A stretch of DNA of 64,000 nt from the human T2T-CHM13v2.0 reference genome, Homo sapiens, in assembly GCF_009914755.1 (NCBI RefSeq), contig NC_060941.1. The stretch is one strand, 5' to 3'. The position numbers and the translations under genes were made by a program. This document shows, in pieces, positions 1-15,799 of the stretch. The stretch's first letter is position 1. Every line of letters begins with the position of its first letter. The notes beneath the pieces are model-generated. The model was not told the DNA's origin, made no database searches, and saw nothing but the letters and a program-made list of their open reading frames with translations.

Positions 1-117
1 CATTTTCAAAAATATGTGTAGCATTGAAATCACATCTGTTGCATTCAAAATATGCTCACTTAGAGGCTAATATACTCTTTACTCAATACTAGCATTTTAT
101 TAAAAACTTGTTTTATT

Positions 118-448
<331 letters not shown>

Positions 449-623
449 CTAGTATCAGCATTTCTAATACCACTCAGGGTGCCTGCCTGTATGATGGCAT
501 ACCTGTTGGGCAACAAAGACCTCAATGTGCTTCGAAGTTTGAATGCCCAAGTACTTAATGCATACGTACTTAATATTTTTCATAGAACGCCGATTTTTTA
601 AAATTTTCTTTTTTTTGAAAAAG

Positions 624-1447
624 CAGATGATGTGGAGAAAGCACAAAAACAAGGACAATTGGAAACTCCTGGAAAACTGCCCAGTCACCCAAAGAAAAAG
701 TCTTGGAAAATCCCTATGTCACCTGACCAATTCCTCCTGACTGTTAGCGCCCTGCAGCACGCCCATAATTCCGGGGAATTTGCCTATCCCTGTAGGCCCC
801 AAACAGAAATTACTGATGTCTGGGGACCTTCAATTTCATACCCAAGGAAGGTCTTGAATTTCAAAGGAAAATCAATCCAACGTGCAGTTGATCGGTTGAG
901 ATTGAGCAATCCTCCTATAGATGTGAAACGAACCAGTATTCCCCTTGAAATCCAGAAACTGCAGCCCAACTTGAAGATCTCTTTGCACAGTCCTAGAGTC
1001 CAGTCCACCATACCCCAGCCCATGATTATCCGCTCCAGGTTCTCTGGCAGCTTAAAGGGTGGAGACCAAGTGACCAGTTCAATTGAAAGGGCTGTGTGCA
1101 GTACGGGTCCCCTGACCAGTATGCAGGTCATTAAACCAAACCGCATGCTAGCTCCACAAGTGGGCACAGCCACCCTGTCTCTTAAGAAAGAACGGCCTCG
1201 CATCTATACAGCCCTTGATCCTTTTAGAGTGAACACTGAGTTCGTGCTGTTGACCGTGAAGGAGGAGAAGGAGCACCAGGAAGCCAAGATGAAGGAATAT
1301 CAGGCCAGGGAGTCCACTGGAGTGGTTGATCCAGGAAAAGTCAGCAAAGCTGCATGGATCAGGAAGATCAAAGGCCTGCCTATTGATAATTTCACGAAGC
1401 AAGGGAAAACAGCGGCCCCTGAACTTGGACAAAATGTATTTATCTAA
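624..1447 (+). CDS. FBXW10: F-box/WD repeat protein 10, terminal coding exon (phase 1; acceptor AG at 622-623 or 625-626)
   Basis: T-rich tract then AAG/CAG; open frame ..DDVEKAQKQGQLETPGK...AAPELGQNVFI to TAA 1445-1447; recognised as the FBXW10/CDRT1-type C-terminus; adjacency to TVP23B favours FBXW10. Confidence 0.88.
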
Positions 1448-1476
1448 ACCAGCCTTGGGAAATTACAATGTTTTAC

Positions 1477-1482
1477 AATAAA
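1477..1482 (+). terminator. FBXW10: Poly(A) signal of FBXW10
   Basis: AATAAA about 30 nt after the stop, followed by GT-rich sequence and a T-run at about 1514-1530. Confidence 0.8.
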
Positions 1483-2099
1483 CAGAAAGCCAAGCGGATG
1501 TTGCTATTTGGCCTTTTTTTTTTTTTTTTTGACTGTTTCTTCCTGGTAATTAATGTGGGAACTCCCAGTTATCTTCCTCTGAGCCAAATATTTGATATCA
1601 TCAAAATAAGAAAACAGAAGGAGGTTGGGCGAGATTAGCATCTGTAGTCCCACTGAAAACAATTTAGTGAGCATTAGGAAAGCCCAGTTTCGTTGATGGG
1701 GGATGGGGAGATGATCACTGGAAATTAGATACCATTCATCACTACCAATTTAGTGCTATTAGTTCTTCTGGCAAATGAAGTTATGGGATTATATCAGGGT
1801 CATGCATTGGTGTTTTCTGGTATTTTTGCACAGAAGCCTGATAAAACCCATTAAGAATTTAAAAGGGGAAGCCCTCAGTGGGGTGGACCTGTTGCATTTG
1901 ACAACATTGAGCTTTTCCTTCTCAGGGCTAACTCCTAAGGAAGAGAATTAGCATATTTATCCTCTGTACAAAGAGGGCCAGTAACATCAAGTGCATTGAG
2001 GTTTCTGCTTAAACCTTTGGACTATGGTGCAGGGACCAGGTAATTTAGAAGAGTGCAGCCCACTACAAGAGCTATGGCCCATTAGAAAGTTCAAGCCTT

Positions 2100-2237
2100 G
2101 ACCAGGTGCGGTGGCTCACGCCTGTAGTCCCAGCACTTTGGGAGACTGAGGCGGGTGGCTCACCTGAGATCAGGAGTTTGATACCAGCCTGACCATCGTG
2201 GTGAAACCTCGTTTCTACTAAAAATACAAAATTAGCT
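2100..2237 (+). mobile_element. Alu left arm only (truncated)
   Basis: Alu left monomer ending at aaaatacaaaattagct; right arm absent. Confidence 0.9.
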
Positions 2238-3079
2238 TTAAAAATTAGCTATTAAAAATTAAAAGACGATAATGAATTCAAACACAATGTCTTAAAAAAC
2301 CAAAAACTACGAAAAACAACACAAAACTCCACAGCACTGAGTGGACCACTGAAAACCTGCCATGGGCAGGCTGGACGTACAGGCCCCAAATTTGTTAGCT
2401 TTTCATCTCCAAGGGCACGAATGCAATTGTGCTGCCGAAATGTCTTGCCTTTAGAAACGCGTGTGTGTGTTTTCCCCCTTTCATTATTAGAATATCAGGT
2501 TTTAAATGGCACTGGCAATCAGCCACGTAAAATTTGTGATTTTAATAGAATCCCTTCAATTAAGGACACGTGCAAATACCACTATGCCAACAGCAGTCTG
2601 ACTCGGCCAGACAGATAGGATATTGTCATCATCACCGCTTCAAAGATGACTTAACGCCCCTTAATTTCACATCCTTTGTTCAGGCAAGATCACAGCATGA
2701 GCGGCTGGACTTAAAACTGTAGTAAGTATAACGTCTCCCATTTACTAGATACTTACACTGTAAGGAAACCATTATCACCCCCACTTTACAACTGATGAAA
2801 GAAGTACATAAAGGTTGGTGATATGATTGGCAATAGAGTTCCCAGGCGCCTAAGCTCCAGGGCGCAAGGTCTCAACTCCTGGCGTCTAAGTTTATACCTC
2901 CCATAATAATACCGTCCATTAGTTACTCTAGAGTCCTCCTGCCTTGTTTTTCTTAACGTTTTACTTCTCTGCAAGAACATATTTTAAAAAGTTGCTTCTA
3001 CAATTTAAAGTACAAAAGTAATACTGTACAGGAGTAAGTCTTTGTAAAATATTTAAAGAAAATTATATTATACAATAAA

Positions 3080-3850
3080 ACCCCGCCCCCCTGCATTCGG
3101 GGCAGCGACACTGGGGGAACGACTTTAGAATTTGCATTGGGTGGACAGCAAATACTTCCGTAAAACAGACCATGAAGCTTTCCACTTAGAGCCCACTGTG
3201 GCCCCAATACCTTTCCCTTTCGCTCCTGCTCCAGGCTCCGCCTCCGCCGTGTCCGGGCCGCTCGCCCCGCCCCCGCTCGCCCCGCCCCTGGATTTGCTCC
3301 CTCAAAGCGGAAGTGAGGCCGGACTGAGGCTCTTACAGTGGTCCCTGCTGGCCCTTGGTGACGGGTCGCCTCAGTTCCGACCCGGACCCGTACGCTGCTG
3401 CGCTGACGTGGCTCCCGGAAGTAGGGCTGGCGTAGGGCCGCCATGTTGCAGCAGGTGAGGGGCTGAGGGCTCGCTGGGAGGGTGGCGGCTCCTGGGACTG
3501 GCTCTGCAGGTTCCGTGGGACTGGAGCCCGCGTCCCCCGCGCCCGCTACTCGAACTCGAGGAGGAGCGGGGCGGCCGGGAGTGGAGGGCTGTGGGTAGTT
3601 GTCTGAGGAGGGCTGCTGGGGGTTCTGAGGCCGCTGGGGGCGGCGTGACCCGTGCGGCGCAGAGCAAGTACTTCTTGCGGCTGTGGGGACGCCCATTGTT
3701 AACCAGCGCGAGTGGGGGTCTCTCTTTCCTCAACCCTTATTGCCGGGGTGGAGTTGAGGAGGAGCGGCCTGCGGGCCTCTTAGCTTCCTGACACCCAGGG
3801 GTGCGATGCTATTTTGTAGGAATCGGCGACACCGCCAGAGCCTCGCTTTC
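3080..3850 (+). promoter_or_regulatory. TVP23B: CpG-island promoter of TVP23B
   Basis: CpG-dense; GC boxes at 3081-3090 and 3264-3288; ETS motifs GCGGAAGTG 3307-3315 and CCGGAAGT 3415-3422; TGACGTGGC 3404-3412; YY1-like GCCGCCATGTT over the ATG. Confidence 0.9.
3443..3454 (+). CDS. TVP23B: TVP23B coding exon 1 (MLQQ)
   Basis: gccgccATG TTG CAG CAG followed by GTGAGG donor. Confidence 0.93.
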
Positions 3851-4328
3851 AAATTGCTGTTTCCAAACTAATGTTGTTGGTGATTCTCTCCTTTGTGCTC
3901 TTAGAGTTAATTGTAGTCCACATGTTGGCAACCAGAGACTCGTAAGATTAATAATATTTTTAGAAAAAACTACTGTTTATGGTCACTTAGATTGTCTTAA
4001 GTGTTTTTTTCTTTCGGTTCACACAAAATTTGTTGAGGGATTACTATGACTCAGACACGGTTGTAGGCCCAGGGATAGGGTTGTGACCAGTACAGACAGG
4101 TTTCTTGCCCCGTATTTTTGGGTTAGGGAAGTGGGTTCTAGGAGATGGGGGTTGGGTGGGGAGACACGATAAATTGTATAACCAAAGATATTTTCAGATA
4201 ATTGCAAAGGCAGGGTGATGAAATAACAAGTGTCTGAGGATAGGACAACTAAGATTTATGGTCAGGAAAGACTGCTTATGAGGAGATGCCTTGAGTGGAG
4301 AAAATCTAATAATGGTTAAATTCAGCTG

Positions 4329-5163
<835 letters not shown>

Positions 5164-5225
5164 TTTGAACCTGCGCCCAGGCCGGATGAGGCTGGAGAAA
5201 CACAACAATGTTGACTGTTCCCACT

Positions 5226-5567
<342 letters not shown>

Positions 5568-6013
5568 TGATAAATTTGTGACGTGAACCTCAGTCGAGCC
5601 CTTAGTGCTGCCAGGCGGTCATTCTACATTTCCATAGCCCCTTCACCCTCTCGCCTTAGGCAACTATTAAAACTCAAATCTTCAACGTTTCTTCTCTTAT
5701 CCTCTCTCAGCTGGTAACGTTGCTTCTTGTTTCACTGAAAATGGAAGCCGTCGGAAGACAATTTTCACACTAGCTGCCTAGTTGCATGTTTACTCAGGGT
5801 CTCATATTCTTTTATGATAATTGGACTGTTAGTGCTCCATTCTTAGGTCTTCCTGTCTACTGTGTCCTGGTTTCCATCTCCTCTTGCCTACTGGAAGGCA
5901 TTGTTCTAGTAATTCTCTTTCTTGTATCATCAGTTTTTTAATCCTTTTAAACGTTTGCTCACATCAACATATAAACGTGCTTTAATTTCTCTTACCTTAA
6001 AAAATGAAAACTT

Positions 6014-6367
<354 letters not shown>

Positions 6368-6514
6368 TTAAAGACTTGTATCATATATGCTTGTCTTTTA
6401 ATTCTTCCAGTCTCTCTTGTATTCATTCTAGTCAGTCTCTCTTCCCCTCTCCCAACCATACTGGAACTGCTCTTACTGAGTTCCCTGATGACCTGTTAAA
6501 AATACAGTGGTCAT

Positions 6515-6837
<323 letters not shown>

Positions 6838-7740
6838 TCATCTTACTTATGAGCAGCATTTGACACAGATGATGGATCCTCCTCCTGGAGGCACTTTGTT
6901 TGGTTTCCAGGACACTACCCCCTCCTGGCTCACCTTATGTTCCTTGGTACTTCTTTTTCAGTCCCCACAGCCTATTCCTTCTTATCTTTGTGATCTCTAA
7001 TTATTGGAATGCTAGGAGTCTGTCTTAGCCATCTTTATCTTTTTAGTTGTTCAGGACAAAAACTTTGGAATCTTCCTTGATTCCTTTTATTTACCCTTCC
7101 TCCACCTCCCCAGTCAGTCCATCAGCAAATCCTGTCAGCTCTCCCTTAAAATGTACTTGGAATCTATTTTTCATCACCTCCACTGCATCCATCTTAGACC
7201 AAGCCATTACTTCTTGGCCTCGTGATTAAAGTAGTTTCCTAACCAGTCTCCTAGCGTTGTGCTTTTGTCCCTCCTTCTTCTCCCCTCCCCCTCCAGATTT
7301 TTACTACAGTAGCCAGAATTCTCTTTCTAACAGGTGAGTCAGAACATGCAGTCTTACACTTAAAACACTCCAATGGATCTCCCTTTCAACGCTTTTTGGT
7401 TTTAGCATCTTAAAATGTCATTTAGCATCTTAAAATGTCCAAAATCAAACTGCTGATTTTGCCCCGAAATCTTTTGTGTCCGTGGTCTTCCCCATCTTAG
7501 TAAATGTAACTCCAGGAGTGCAGAGCTATTTGTCTTTTTTTTTTTTTTTTTTTAAATCTGTACCACTTACAGCAGTACCTGGCACTTGGTAGGCACTCAG
7601 TATTTACTGAATAAATGAGAAGAAATGAGTCTTTCAAAGAGCAGGGTAAGAGAATAGTGTTCTAGGTAATATGAACCATAAGTGCAAAAGAACCTGACGG
7701 GGCCCAAGTTTGGCATGTTTAAGGAACTGAAAAGAAGGCC

Positions 7741-7996
7741 AGCCTGGGCATGGTGGCTCATGCCTCTAATCGTAGCACTTTGGGAGGCTAAGGCAGGAGA
7801 ATTGCTTGAGCCCGGGAGTTTGAGACTAGCCTGGGCAACATAGCGAGACCCTATTTCTGCAAGAAATTAAAATATTAGATATGGTGGCTTGCAGTACTCA
7901 GGAGGCTGAGATGTAGGACCTGCAGTAGTGACCCCTGATTGCTCCACTGCACTCCAGCCTGGGCGAGAGCCAGACCCTGTGTCAAAAAAAAAAAAT
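7741..7996 (+). mobile_element. AluJ-like (internally deleted)
   Basis: Diverged Alu with gcttgagccc J-type motif and A tail. Confidence 0.85.
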
Positions 7997-8024
7997 GGCC
8001 AGTCTGGGCAGGAGCTTAGGTACT

Positions 8025-8485
8025 GTATAAATTTCCTGTTGCTACTGCGGCAGTGAAGTCATATGTACTGTTGTAAAGTTCTGGTGGTCAGAAGTCCAGA
8101 ATGAGGCTCAAGGGGTTAAACATCAAGGTGTGGGTAGGGGTTCTGGAGAATCAGTTTCCTTGCCTGATGCAGCTTCTAAACACCTGGGATCCCTTCCCCA
8201 TCTTAATGCCATGAGCACAGCCTCTTCAAATCTCTGTCTCTCATCTCTACTTTGCTTGTTTCATCACCTTCTCTCACTGACCCTCCTTTGTTTCCCTTGT
8301 AAGGACCATTGTGATCACGTCATCTGACCAGCCTGGGTAATCCAGGATGATCTCTTGACCTCAAGATCCTTAACTTAATCTCATCTGTGAAATTCTTTTT
8401 GCCAAGTAAATTTACATATTCACAGGTTCCAGAGATTAGAACCTAAACATTTTTGGGAGGGGTGAGGAGGTATTCAGCCTACCAC
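8025..8485. mobile_element. MaLR (MLT1-type) LTR
   Basis: agttctggtggtcagaagtcc...atcaaggtg...ccttaacttaatc...attcagcctaccaca motifs. Confidence 0.7.
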
Positions 8486-9234
8486 AGTTAATGAAGAGTG
8501 AGTGGCCTGAGATAAGGTCTTAGAGATTGGCAGGGACCAGATCATGATAGGTCATGATAGGGAGTCTGTTTTTCAGTCATAGTGCTGAGAGGTTTCAGTA
8601 GGGGAATGATAGGATTTGATGTGAAAAAGTCTCCCTGGCCGCTGGATGGCGATTAGACTGTTGGGATCGAGAGCAGAAGGCCTCAGCTTTTTATTCATAA
8701 CATCATACGGTGGATCTCAATCTTGCTGTACGTTACGATCACACCTCAAAGCAATTATATCTGAACCACTGAGGGCTGGACCCAAGTATCAGCCTTTTTT
8801 TGTTTGTTTGTTTGTTTTTTAAGAAAAAGCATTCTAATTGTAGCCAGGGTTGAGAACCACTAGTCTCATAGATCTGAATCCATTTTACCTTTTCAGCCTT
8901 AGCTCAGTAGGAGCTTCTCGCATCCATCACTTACTGCATGAGCTACTTGACCATTTCTTAGACAAACTTCCTGTATTCCCACCTGTGCCTTTCAAAATAT
9001 ACCTAGTCTAGGGAGGCCTACGCGGACTGTCAGGGCCCAGCTGACAAACTCTCCTCCAGAAAGCTTCTCCAGTGCCCTGTAGTAGGAATGATTTGCTTCC
9101 TTCCCTGGCTCCCATTTGCACTTAGATTTCTCAGCCCTGATCACAGTCAGCTGTATATTATCGTCTCCTTTGCTTATTTACTCATGCCTTCAACAAATAC
9201 TGTACCACTTGGCTGAATGCTCTGCTAGACACTA

Positions 9235-9570
<336 letters not shown>

Positions 9571-10207
9571 CCTTGTCTTCTAGGTCCTCCAGCAGCTTAA
9601 TCTATATGGAGGTAGGAGCGGGTAGATGTGCAATAAGAATACTCTGAGATGATTGTTCAAATGGAGATTCGTCCAAGTGCTGTGGGAACATGGGGATTTC
9701 AGAGACAGGTTTTCAGCTATTTCAGTATTTGAGCTAAAAAACTTGAAGGATGATTTGGTATTTGGTGGTGAGCAGGGCATGAGGAAGGGAAGAGTTTTCT
9801 GAGACAACATGTGAAAGGCAGGAGATGGGAGAGAGATTGTAGTGTTCTTAGAGACCATGTAGTAACAGTATTGCTTCAGTGCTCAACAGTGCTCAATGAA
9901 GACAGTGTCAGAAGCAAGTAGGGGGCATTAGATTCTGTGATCTTCTATGCTTTATGTGAAGGAGTTAAATTTTATCCTATACTTGTAGGGATGCCATTGA
10001 AAAATTTGAGCAGTAGAGTGACATGGTGTGATTTCCATATTGGGAGGATTGCTCTGGGTAATGTAAAGGAGAGGCTGGAATAGAGAGGGATAAAGGCAGG
10101 GAGGCTGGTGAGTGCCACTAGGAGAGGAACAGGATCAGGTTTGTTGTAGTTGAGGGGAATTGCAGTGAATTGAGGCGTGAACCACTCTTAGAAGCCTAAG
10201 GTTATGG

Positions 10208-10504
<297 letters not shown>

Positions 10505-10597
10505 CTAAGGTTGTAAAAGGAAGCAATGCTTTGGGAAGGTAGAGGATTGAAGGGGAGATTCAGGATCAGGGTTCTTAAAAAAATCTTTTTTTGCCTA

Positions 10598-11110
<513 letters not shown>

Positions 11111-11466
11111 CTAAGGATGCAGTCAGATGATTTTGTGAAGGAGCCAGAAACCTTGAGATTATCCCCAGTAGCCTCGGCTTGCTCTGTGACTTGGGAGAGA
11201 ACAGGTGAGGAGGACAGGTGTTAAGTTGTAGTAGCCTCATCTGCACCCTAGAGTTTTCTCAGATGGTGCAGCCTAGGGGCAGGGATGGAGGAGCTGAGAC
11301 TTCGATTATTCTCTGGGTTTTTTGCCAGATGATTTGAGGAGGCGGGTGGAGGATCTGCATGTGTCCTTTTCCTAGGTTTTGAATTCCTGATGCTGTAACC
11401 ACATTATTTTATCTTCTATTTTGATGAGTATGCAGCTTTGCATTGCAGTGGCTGTGTAAACACTGA

Positions 11467-11589
<123 letters not shown>

Positions 11590-12034
11590 TAGGAGGAGAG
11601 AAGTTGCATGAGCTGTGTTAGTGTCCAGTGCTGTTCTGTATGTATGTCAGTGCTAGCTGATGGGAGTCAAGGCAGAGTTGTTTCAATGTGCTTGTGAATA
11701 CTGCATGTTGCTAATTTGACGTTTAGTGTACGACAAAGATGACATTTCAGATTTTCTTGTGAATAATTGGCATACTTAATACTGAGTTTTAAAATCAGCA
11801 AATCCAATTATTTGAACACCTGTGTTTTTAATTCTGTGCTATTTTCCAAGAATGTACCATTTCTTTATATAGTTTCTATAGATACATTACATTTTGATTT
11901 ATTGTGCACATTTCAAAATCACATAACATTTCTATTCTAAATTTAATTCTCTCTAAAGAAATTCACTTACTGAAAGCAAATTCTACTTGAACCCTGCTAA
12001 AATGCTGTCTTTTACTTTTCTTTCATCTTTCATG

Positions 12035-12330
12035 CCAGTCACAAAAGACCACATATTGTATGATTTCATTTATATGAAATGTCCAGAATAGGCAAATCTG
12101 TAGAGACAGAAGATAGATTAGCTGTTGCTAGAAGCTGAGGGGTTTGAAGGTAAATGGGGAATGACTGCCAGTGGGTACAAAGATTCTGTCTGGGGTAATG
12201 AAAAGTTGTAAAATTGGAGTGATGGTTGTACAAATCTGTGAATGTACTAAAAACCATTAGATTGTTTACCTTAAATAAGTAAATTGTATGATATGTGAAT
12301 TATATCTCAAAAAAGCTATTAAAAAACAAG
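12035..12330 (+). mobile_element. L1M (MB/MC-type) 3' end
   Basis: tatatgaaatgtccagaataggcaaatc...gtgaattatatctcaa, typical L1M 3'UTR. Confidence 0.75.
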
Positions 12331-12335
12331 AAACA

Positions 12336-12739
<404 letters not shown>

Positions 12740-13016
12740 CTAAGATACAGTTTCCTTATTTCTCCAAGAGAGATAAAATTCTTTATTATCTATTTTGTGA
12801 AAGTTTATATTCAATGAGGTGTTAAAGTCATCTGTGCATAGTGTATTTTCTGTAACTACAGGGCCTAGTCAAATAGTGGGGCTTAAGAAAAAGAGAGCTA
12901 GGAGGTTTGCTTCATCCTACTAAAGTCACCTCTTTTATTTTGACAAAACTCTTCACAGTTACACGATGGCTAAAACATTTTTCTCTACATTTGCTAGTAC
13001 CTGTAGTAAAATGTAA

Positions 13017-13232
<216 letters not shown>

Positions 13233-13651
13233 TGAAAATGATGTATAAAAATATGAGTTAGCATTTTGCATTATTGTTAATCTTTTGTTACTTCAAACCT
13301 CATCTGTGTTGAAGTGCTAGATATATCAAATTGCATGTAGTTTTTTTTTTTTTTTTTTTTTTTTTCATTTTTTCCCTTTGACAATACAAGATGAGACATG
13401 CAGGTTACTGTGCTGCTGATTTTTCTGTGCCATATTCTAACCTACATCAGCTTTAAAGTCAAATAAACAAACAAAAGTGACTAGCAACCATAGACCCTAC
13501 AATGTTGCTTCTAATCCATACCATGGGTTTTGCTTCAGGCTTACCTGTAGGTGTGTTGTATATAATTTCTAGATAAGGCCCCAGTGTAGTTTGTCCACAA
13601 ATACCTAAAAAATACCTACCTTTTGAAAAGGCTCCTATGGATGCTTTAAGG

Positions 13652-13873
13652 CAGTGTTTCTCAACCAGAGACAAGCTTGCCACCCACTGAATATTTGTCA
13701 GTGTCCAAAAATGTTTTTGGTTGTCATGACTGGAGGTGGGAGGAGTGTGCTATTGACATCTAGTGGCTAGAGGGCAGGTATGCTGCTAAATATCCTAACA
13801 CACAGGACGGCCCCTCTGCAACAAAGAACTACCTGACCCAAAATGTCAGTTGTGCCAAGGTTGAGACACCCTG
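13652..13873. mobile_element. MER20 hAT-Charlie DNA transposon
   Basis: cagtgtttctcaacc ... gacatctagtgg ... tgctgctaaatatcct ... ggttgagacaccctg with terminal inverted repeats. Confidence 0.85.
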
Positions 13874-14193
13874 CTGTAGGGGATAGAAAGAAGTGTAAGA
13901 CATGGTTTCAAACTCAAGAACAATGATTAGAGAGATGGATGGATGGATAGATAGGTACATAATAAATAGATAAGTAAGCATAATAAAATATTAAATATGG
14001 ACTCTAGATGATAGATATTTGGGTATTCACTGTAAAATTTAACTGTGTGTGTTCGAAAATATAGTAAAATAGTGGAGAAAAAAATCAAAGGCTGATTTTG
14101 GAGTTTCAGAGACACATACTGATTCAAAGACTAGTAAGATGTTACAACCCTATTCACACCCACCAATGTAGCCATTTTTAGATCTTTTAATTC

Positions 14194-14488
<295 letters not shown>

Positions 14489-15095
14489 ATCTTTTAATTC
14501 TTAAAGATACCTGAAGTGGTTGGCTTGGTGATGGCCAGTTTCCATAGGCCGCATAATGCTGAGAAGGAAGATTTCAAAGGTCTGTTTTCTTTAGGTTTTT
14601 CTGTTGTCCAGTCTTCTTTGGCTTGCATTTCTTTGAATTTCTTCTGTTACTTTATGCTCCAAAGTATTTAGTACATACTGCTCACAGTTTTGATACACGT
14701 TTCTTTTTGTTGTTCATAAAATTTCTGTTCAGCCAAATAGAACATGCTTTCCAGTCAGTTCTTCCTGGTAATTTCCAAACTCTTAAAATTTTTCTGGGTT
14801 TAGAGTTTTAAAAAATGCGATCAAAATAGTTTATTTTCTGATAAGGTTTATTTGTTTATTTTTGTTTTTAAACAAGGGCTTAAAAAATGGCACCCTTTTA
14901 TCCTTGGCAAAACTACTTATAGATAGCAAAGCAATGGAGATATAAAGCAAAATTAAGAAGTCAAGAATAGGGAAATTATTAAGTGGACTTGGGATAAGCA
15001 GGGTTCTGAAACAGTTAAAATAGAGATGTGTCGTAATTGTTATAAATCTCAATGTACTTACTAAAAAAACAAAAAATCAATCTTCATCTAAACCC

Positions 15096-15316
15096 CTAGG
15101 TGTCCAATCTTTTGGTTTCCCTGGGCCACAGTGGAAGAAAGAATTATCTTGGGCCACACATAAAATACACTAACATTAGCTGATGAGCTTAAAAAAAAAA
15201 TCGCACACAAAAAAATCTCATAATGTTTTAAGAAAGTTTACAAATTTCTCCTGGGCCGCATTCAAAGCTGTCCTGGGCAGCATGAGGCCTGTGGGCAGAG
15301 GGTTGGATAGGCTTGC
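15096..15316. mobile_element. MER30 hAT-Charlie element
   Basis: ggtgtccaatcttttgg..ccctgggccac ... gggccgcattcaaagc ... gggttgga motifs. Confidence 0.8.
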
Positions 15317-15478
15317 CCTAGGTGATGTTAATGAAGATAAAGAAGAGGTAGAGAAGGGAAAATAATTTAAAGGTATGCTTAAATGCTAAAGCTTATATTG
15401 GTTTTTATTTTATTCTTCACTCTGACAAATTGAGTAAAAAAGGTTAAATAATGGTTTTAAAAATTTAATGGCAACTAT

Positions 15479-15765
15479 GGCTGGGCGCGGTGGCTCACAC
15501 CTATAATCCCAGCACTTTGGGAGGCTGAGGCGGGTGGATCATGAGGTCAGGAGATCGAGACCATCCTGGCTAACATGGTGAAACCCCATCTCTGCTAAAA
15601 AAAAAAAAAAAAAAAAAATGAGCCGGGCGTGGTGGCAGGTGCCTGTAGTCCCAGCTATTCAGGAGGCTGAGGCAGGAGGCGGAGCTTGCAGTGAGCCGAG
15701 ATTGCGCCACTGCACTCTAGCCTGGGCAACAGAGCAAGACTCCATCTCAAAAAAAAAAAAAAAAA
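15479..15765 (+). mobile_element. AluY-like with expanded middle A-run and a short right-arm deletion
   Basis: TSD aatggcaactat; ggcaggaggcggagc junction lacks the agaatggcgtgaacccgg segment. Confidence 0.93.
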
Positions 15766-15799
15766 TAATGGCAACTATTAGTAAAATTTAAAACCAGTC

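Noticed and set aside
784-1432. Antisense ORFs (139 aa and 94 aa) over the FBXW10 exon
   Set aside because: Shadow ORFs of a real coding exon; no promoter, splice or homology support.
3300-3442. Possible N-terminal extension or uORF of TVP23B
   Set aside because: In-frame TAG at 3422-3424 and no upstream ATG in this interval.
2998-3791. 232-aa minus-strand ORF and other ORFs across the CpG island
   Set aside because: Non-ATG start and Pro/Arg/Ala-rich low complexity expected from GC-rich DNA with few stops; a divergent non-coding transcript is not excluded.
7401-7439. 20-bp tandem duplication (tttagcatcttaaaatgtc)x2
   Set aside because: Ordinary slippage duplication in old repeat-like DNA; no functional cue.
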